NCBI GenBank assembly: GCA_963719945.1
Contig: CAVRDX010000003.1
Location: 1 to 64,000 of the forward strand
DNA length: 64,000 nucleotides
Source: an uncultured Thermoplasmata archaeon
GTDB lineage: Archaea; Thermoplasmatota; Thermoplasmata; UBA10834
Direction of reading: 5' to 3'
The position numbers were made by a program, and so were the translations under genes. Positions 59,501 through 64,000 of this stretch are shown piece by piece. Each line of letters begins with the position of its first letter. The stretch's first letter is position 1. The notes under the pieces were generated by a model. That model saw only the letters and a list, made by a program, of their open reading frames with translations, was not told the origin of the DNA and made no database searches.

Positions 59501-59673
59501 TTCGTCGTCACGTCCGGATTGAATGTGAGTCTGATGCTATCTCCAAAATCATCTATGGGAAATGCGTGAGCGGACGGCGCGGACGGTCCTTGGAGCAGGA
59601 CCATTAGCGTCATCGGAAGGAGCAGGACGCAGAGCAAACAGCTCGCGAGCGTCGTCCGACTCACGGTGGCCAT
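56572..59673 (-). CDS. Large cell-surface protein: beta-propeller repeats, CARDB and COG1470-type Ig domains, C-terminal TM
   Basis: Signal peptide; DG.IHVVW.D.R.G..DIYY repeats; VDP...V.E.D..NN; N.GN..D repeats; TM plus basic tail. Confidence 0.85.
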   Translation of the reverse strand: MATVSRTTLASCLLCVLLLPMTLMVLLQGPSAPSAHAFPIDDFGDSIRLTFNPDVTTNISSAVDIDGDIHVVWEDYRSGNGDIYYVKLDAEGNKLTNDAKISNDSARSIHPVIAVDADGHVYIVWESVTNGTSELYFAKLWYYAGNITFLENGLRVSDSNPANSTEPDIIVCPDGNVAMVWTDARNDIGDGNLEIYYKRLRATGVSLTTDTRITGDVGMSEHPKLDIGPDDMIHIVWYDFRDSSSGLVINHGVFYRKVLQDGTPVTNETRITFASPISRPDIAVDTDGNVHVVFDDDRYASFDIFYTLLDQDGNTLVDDRNISPKDDYQSRYPRISLSDSDAVDVVWQDNATESWTVHYSAMSYIGTIEVYDQSLTADLVGNATRPVVMCARDNNTFVLFIGDSPNQELFFQRTHRPDPCILAPDLRVSTTQPLVDSTIWLNATVRNLEGDTIPHLVVALKVDSVIVQETNITSLSSGSAITVSFSYVAQEGDTSIGIAVDPYQQVREIDDDNNDQTVSIAVRMLGVSVISDATSRQANPGEDVEFNLTIMNEGSSTFTFALSNSTLEEGWEINLGGSPADQYTIPAATSTIAHVIVSVPQDTLPGPRRFYIETNCTERGSVNANLTLMIDVVKTGALSIISPTGGNVEPTIPVTYTFTVWNTANSNDSFEISAMDERGWSLELSHESVELMPEERAEISLTVIPARYDPPGTSNMITFSVESTNLSENTAEANLLCLQGHHREVDLRVTQQAYTNLSVPSSREIVYVLQVQNLGNSNDTFSVDLSGTSSFWMYLNTSYLFLGPGENGSLRLTMIPGTDILSGFYEFNVSAVSEANSQAYDIQEMGVNVLPFYDLYASVDFAEIHARKGNTIFVNLTIENMGNIVDVVDLYVYLDIFNTSVAVIDEREYDLESDQLPQVSLSPRDSITVMLMIPIESDAPLGAYELYIDIGSLIDPTVMVSENIIIIVEKAPSWLNIYVIIAIAGAAAAVGIVIFLLIRRKAVMKQRKAEEDRRSMQAKRRPAGPPKRRPKTI

Positions 59674-59781
59674 ATGGAAAAATCACGCTCCTATACTCAT
59701 AAGCGTTAGGGCTCAATTCTCGCTCCTGACTATCACCAGGGTCAAACGGCGCGAAATATGGCCAGACATGCGTCATTAACA

Positions 59782-59813
59782 TCGATGAAAGAATCTCGAG
59801 AGATTTTCATCGA
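59782..59813. repeat. Intergenic inverted repeat / hairpin
   Basis: TCGATGAA-AG-AATCT-CGAG-AGATT-TTCATCGA. Confidence 0.6.
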
Positions 59814-59997
59814 GGATATTTCTGAACAAACGCTTATCTCACGATTTCAGGATTGTGCATCTAAGCGCCTGTCGTAAACCGGCGATGGCTCAAAGATTCA
59901 CGTTCTCTGTCCCGAGAACGATGTGGAAAGGCAAATTCGGTGGCCAAATTCTTTATCTGGGCCGCGACCGGGATACGCAGGCGCTTTCAACCATTCT

Positions 59998-61659
59998 TCA
60001 TGCTAGATTGAGGACCTTGTCCAGCATCAATTGGGTGACGATCGCGGTCACAGTGCATATCCATGTGAGTATCGCGAAATTGATGTAGAAACTGTGTTTG
60101 TGGCTGCCACTTGCGAATGATATCAGGTTCGCTGAGATGAGTGCATGCGCGAGCATGATGAGCAGGAATATCGTCTCTGCGAGGTCCAGATTGAACCCTT
60201 TCAGCGCAATGGGCATGGCGATGCTCGTCTCCGAGAGAGCGAACTGGTCGTTCATCTGATTAAGGAGTTGCATAAGGGATAGCGCCGAGAAAAGAGTGAA
60301 CGTTATGCCAACGGACATGCCGTACAGAGTCCCAAGCATGTTATCTGCTGACTGGTATCTCTTCCTTCGAACTCCCATCAACTTGACAAAATTGTCGCTG
60401 ATTATCTCTATGACCTCGTCTACCTTCCCACCGACCGACAGTCCGACTACGTACATCTCAGTGAACTTCGAGATTAGGTTGCTTCCGCTCTCAGCCGCGA
60501 AAGAGTTCCACGCACGTATCTGGTCGATTCTAGTCAGGAGTCTCTTGAACAATGTCACTACCGCGTCGGTCAGTTCCCCGAAATCATGCTTGCTCAGCCG
60601 CCCAACACCTTCCGTCACTGCGGATCCTGATGTCGATGCATAGCTTCCCACAGCTCGCATGAACGAATCATAATTCTCATCTCTGGCCCTTACTCTGCCC
60701 TCTTCCTTCCGGATGAGATATCCTGGATAGAGTAGCGGCGTGACCACCAATGCCACTATGGCCGTGAGCGGTACATTCACCATTATTCCAAACACAGCGA
60801 GTGATATGCAGGCGGCGTAAGTTGCGGGAAGGACCGTCTTCAGAGTCCTATCCACACCAGTTTTTTCTTCCATATTATGCCATATTGGGTCCGATGGTAA
60901 CAGCGATTTTACCATGTACAGCACCATCGACTCTATGACGACGAACAGGAGGGCTACTCCTGGCAGGATCAGCTCGATTGAAATGTCTATGAACACAGGC
61001 AGTAGTGATACGAAGACAAGCATGAACATCAATGAGATCAGGACTGCGACGAATATCTCGTTGAGGAGATCGAGGTCCTTCAAAGCCGTCTCATACTTGT
61101 TGATGTAGACGCTCATGGCGACATCCCTCTCCTTGTTGAGAAACTCCTCGAGATCCTCACCAGCGTCAGATGAGTGTGCAAGCCTGTCCAGGAAATCTGC
61201 CAGCATAGGCGACGGCGTCTTCCTGGCGACTGTTCTGGCGGCATCTGACAGGCCCATGTTCCAGTATTCCATTAGTTTGTAGATCTTCTCGACCTCAATG
61301 CTGAGCGCCTCGTACTCCTTCACTTTAGAGAGGATCTCCAGCATCTTCTTCCTCGGGAGCTTGGAGCTCGCAAGCACGCTCATTCTGATTATGAATAGGT
61401 GCATATTCCTCTCTATCTGCATCTTCCGCCTTTCTCCCTGGAGTGCCGGGAATATGACTGCGATTATCGAGAAGAGGATGGGAATGGCTATGATCACGTA
61501 TCTGAAAGTGGGATCGGTTGCCAAGCCTGGGAATATGATGACCACGGCAGCAGTGATCCCAATCCCAAGGATCATCATCGGGAGTGCGTACCTCGTGAAG
61601 TACTTCTCGATAGGCATGTCGAGGGACTGATAAAGCCGTTTGAAATTGCTGCCTTGCAT
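59998..61659 (-). CDS. arlJ: Archaellum membrane platform protein ArlJ (FlaJ)
   Basis: MHLFIIRM, RKTPSPMLADFLDRLA, HDFGELT, AESGSNLI; multiple TM helices. Confidence 0.92.
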   Translation of the reverse strand: MQGSNFKRLYQSLDMPIEKYFTRYALPMMILGIGITAAVVIIFPGLATDPTFRYVIIAIPILFSIIAVIFPALQGERRKMQIERNMHLFIIRMSVLASSKLPRKKMLEILSKVKEYEALSIEVEKIYKLMEYWNMGLSDAARTVARKTPSPMLADFLDRLAHSSDAGEDLEEFLNKERDVAMSVYINKYETALKDLDLLNEIFVAVLISLMFMLVFVSLLPVFIDISIELILPGVALLFVVIESMVLYMVKSLLPSDPIWHNMEEKTGVDRTLKTVLPATYAACISLAVFGIMVNVPLTAIVALVVTPLLYPGYLIRKEEGRVRARDENYDSFMRAVGSYASTSGSAVTEGVGRLSKHDFGELTDAVVTLFKRLLTRIDQIRAWNSFAAESGSNLISKFTEMYVVGLSVGGKVDEVIEIISDNFVKLMGVRRKRYQSADNMLGTLYGMSVGITFTLFSALSLMQLLNQMNDQFALSETSIAMPIALKGFNLDLAETIFLLIMLAHALISANLISFASGSHKHSFYINFAILTWICTVTAIVTQLMLDKVLNLA

Positions 61660-61668
61660 GGAGCTGGC

Positions 61669-63321
61669 CTATACTGGGAACGGCAGGCCACTCACCCCCT
61701 TCTTCTGGAATTCAGCAAACAGCTTGGCAACCTCGCTATATTTGAAAATCTTCCTCGCGACCATCTCTTCCAATATCTTCGTTCTCAATGCCAGATCGGA
61801 ATAGATTCTGCGCTTGTCACTATATCCTCTCTTGATCGCGATCTTCTCTTCCAGAATATACGAATTGTTCATTCCCTTGAAGACATGGCTATCGTCGGCG
61901 GCGTTCCAGAGGAAGATTGTTCTCGTCATTATCCCACCGAGCGCCTCGTTATACCCAACGATCTCATCTATGAACTGGGTCCTTCTGAGGAACTTGCCTT
62001 CACGATATATGCCCGCCTGGAAGAAAGCGACATTGAGGTTATCGATGAATGTAATCGGGACATTGATTGGGTCGCTCGTGAACCTCTGGATTAGCTTCCT
62101 GGTGGACGCTGCGTGGAAGGTGGAGAGGACAGGATGCCCTGTCTGCATTGCCTGGAATGCGACGCTTCCTTCTTTCCCTCTGATCTCACCCACTATTATG
62201 TAGTTCGGCCTGGATCTCAGCGCCGCCTTCAGAAGAGAGAATGTGTCGACCCTGCTCTCCTCTGGGCCGAAATCTCTTGTAGCAAGACGCTGCCAGACCT
62301 TGTGTGGTACTTGCATCTCGATGGTGTCTTCGGCCGTGTAGACTTTGCTGTCATATTTGATGAATGGCAGAGCAGCGCTCATCGTCGAAGTCTTTCCAGA
62401 TGCAGTTTCTCCGCAGAAGAATATACTCATTCCTTCTTCCAGACAAATCCAAAGGTATGCCGCTTCTTGAGCGCTGATGGTATTCCACATTATGAGTTGA
62501 GTGATGCTTATGGGGTCCTCTGCGAACTTTCTGATGGAAAAGCTGGGTCCCTTGACGCTGACATCGTCAGCGTAGATCAGGTTGATTCTAGACCCATCCT
62601 CAAGAGTGCCGTCGATGATCGGTCGTGCCATCGACGCGGGCCTCCCGATCCTCTCGCTCAACGCCCTCACGTAATTGTCAAGCTCTTCCATCGATTCGAA
62701 TTTGACATTGGTTGGCATAGCCTGGAAGATCTTGTGAACGAGGGATACATTCTCGTGACCTATGCAATGGATATCCTCGATGTACGGGTCGCGTAGGAGC
62801 GGTTCCAGAGGTCCTGCTAAGATTATACTCTGTTTCGCATGATATCTTATGAGCTCCCATTCTCTCTTGGTGACGTACACCTTTGGCTCGGTGAAGAGGT
62901 CTCCGAATAGTCTCTTCTTCGGATTGGCGTCCCCTGCATCCTCTGTCACCTCGGTCGATTCGTCTATCAGTTTCATCAGATTCGATTCGAACTGCTGGGT
63001 CGATTCATGGGGGTCCATGTATACTGCCTTGTTGTAGACCTGCTGGATAATCGCCCTGAACCTCTTTTGCAGATCTTGATTGAGCTGGGGTTGCACCGAG
63101 GTGTAACTGAGGGGGATACTCTTGGTGGAGAATATGTGTACGAACAATGGGTCTCCGATGGGGTGGATGACATTGATGTCCTGTTCGTCTCCCATCTCTC
63201 TGGTCAGTGCGACGTGGAATTCTGGAGGAGACCTATGTTTCCTTACGAATTCTTGAACATAGGTCATCAGGTGCGGGTTCTTCCTCATGGCCCTCTTGAG
63301 GCCCGCATCTTCTGCTGGCAT
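61669..63321 (-). CDS. arlI: Archaellum motor ATPase ArlI (FlaI), copy 1
   Basis: NPHL..Y, PIGDPLFVHI, DPYIEDI, GETASGKT, IIVGEIRG, QTGHPVLSTFH. Confidence 0.93.
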   Translation of the reverse strand: MPAEDAGLKRAMRKNPHLMTYVQEFVRKHRSPPEFHVALTREMGDEQDINVIHPIGDPLFVHIFSTKSIPLSYTSVQPQLNQDLQKRFRAIIQQVYNKAVYMDPHESTQQFESNLMKLIDESTEVTEDAGDANPKKRLFGDLFTEPKVYVTKREWELIRYHAKQSIILAGPLEPLLRDPYIEDIHCIGHENVSLVHKIFQAMPTNVKFESMEELDNYVRALSERIGRPASMARPIIDGTLEDGSRINLIYADDVSVKGPSFSIRKFAEDPISITQLIMWNTISAQEAAYLWICLEEGMSIFFCGETASGKTSTMSAALPFIKYDSKVYTAEDTIEMQVPHKVWQRLATRDFGPEESRVDTFSLLKAALRSRPNYIIVGEIRGKEGSVAFQAMQTGHPVLSTFHAASTRKLIQRFTSDPINVPITFIDNLNVAFFQAGIYREGKFLRRTQFIDEIVGYNEALGGIMTRTIFLWNAADDSHVFKGMNNSYILEEKIAIKRGYSDKRRIYSDLALRTKILEEMVARKIFKYSEVAKLFAEFQKKGVSGLPFPV

Positions 63322-63513
63322 CCTCTCCCATCCATTGAGGCATGATCGTGTCGCGCCCACTGGTGCCCTTTCCGGTGCATGACATGATTAGAGGTGAACC
63401 TGTGGAGCGTATGCTCGGTGGCCTCGGATACTCATCCCTGGCCAGCCGTTATAAGTATTAGTGCCCAATTCTCACGCCTGACTATCACTAGGGGGAAATA
63501 AGGTCGTCCCTCT

Positions 63514-64000
63514 TCATACGGTGAATGGCAACCCAGAGACACCTTCTTTCTGGAACGCTCTGATTATTTCGTTGGCGGTCTTATATGCCGTCATATTCGT
63601 CTCGATCATCTTCTCGATTATGCGCGTCCTCAGAGCGAGCTCCTTGTAGATGTCCCTCTTATCCTTGTATCCCCTCTTGACCGCAATCTTCTCCTCAAGA
63701 ATGAACGAATTGTTCATGCCTCTGAAGACATGTTGGTCGCTGACAGGGTTCCACACGAACACGGCTCTTGTCATCACACCGCCCATAGACTCGCTGTAAC
63801 CGAGGATCTCCTCGACAGCCAAGGTTCTCCTGATGAGTTTGCCTCCTCTGTAGACCCCTGCCTGGAACACTGCGACATTAAGGTTGTCCATGCTTGTGAT
63901 GGGAACGCTGATCGGTGCGCCAGTGAACCTCTGGATCATCCTCTTCACGGATGCGGCGTGGAAGGTGGCCATGACTGGGATACCGGTCTGCATCGCCTGG
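63514..64000 (-). CDS. arlI: Second ArlI paralog, C-terminal part (5' end outside the window)
   Basis: Gapless alignment to the copy 1 C-terminus, 98/159 identical by hand count. Confidence 0.9.
   Translation of the reverse strand, partial: QAMQTGIPVMATFHAASVKRMIQRFTGAPISVPITSMDNLNVAVFQAGVYRGGKLIRRTLAVEEILGYSESMGGVMTRAVFVWNPVSDQHVFRGMNNSFILEEKIAVKRGYKDKRDIYKELALRTRIIEKMIETNMTAYKTANEIIRAFQKEGVSGLPFTV

Noticed and set aside
1-64000. CRISPR arrays, transposases, integrases at the three tRNAs, selenoproteins
   Set aside because: No spaced direct repeats, recombinase motifs or duplicated tRNA 3' ends were seen. The visible part of HdrA has Cys with no in-frame TGA.

Overview
This is a roughly 52% GC archaeal chromosomal segment. 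The gene content and tRNA features point to Thermoplasmatota, probably a Methanomassiliicoccales-related lineage; this is inference, no database search was run. Gene order from left to right: hdrA (cut by the window edge) and hypBFCAD; small regulators and zinc-ribbon membrane proteins; a PEF-CTERM repeat protein; tRNA-Trp with a box C/D guide intron, rpl41e and a two-intron tRNA-Arg(TCT); PAC2 and gabT; a cobamide salvage/uptake cluster (cobZSY divergent from cobT-btuFCD); a nitroreductase and corA; an 11 kb island of acidic secreted or anchored proteins with a wHTH regulator and a STAND NTPase, whose centre carries many indels; mscS and an SPFH gene; a complete trp operon (trpE-G-D/C-F-B-A); a PAS histidine kinase, peptidases and a RIO kinase; tRNA-Ala, purF, rpl37e, lsm; a large surface protein; arlJ and two tandem arlI genes. 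No CRISPR array or mobile element was seen. The best candidate for a new system is the trpE 5' end. A leaderless ATG opens a 21-codon frame containing SD-like AGGGGAGAT-TTA-TTT-TGG(Trp). A +1 slip (UUU to UUU) at that Trp codon enters the open trpE frame, suggesting a prfB-like, tryptophan-sensing programmed frameshift; a homopolymer sequencing error is the main alternative. Other highlights are a riboswitch-like leader that sequesters its SD (32110-32252), a T-loop (59/60) tRNA intron, and a duplicated archaellar ATPase with a degenerate His box.
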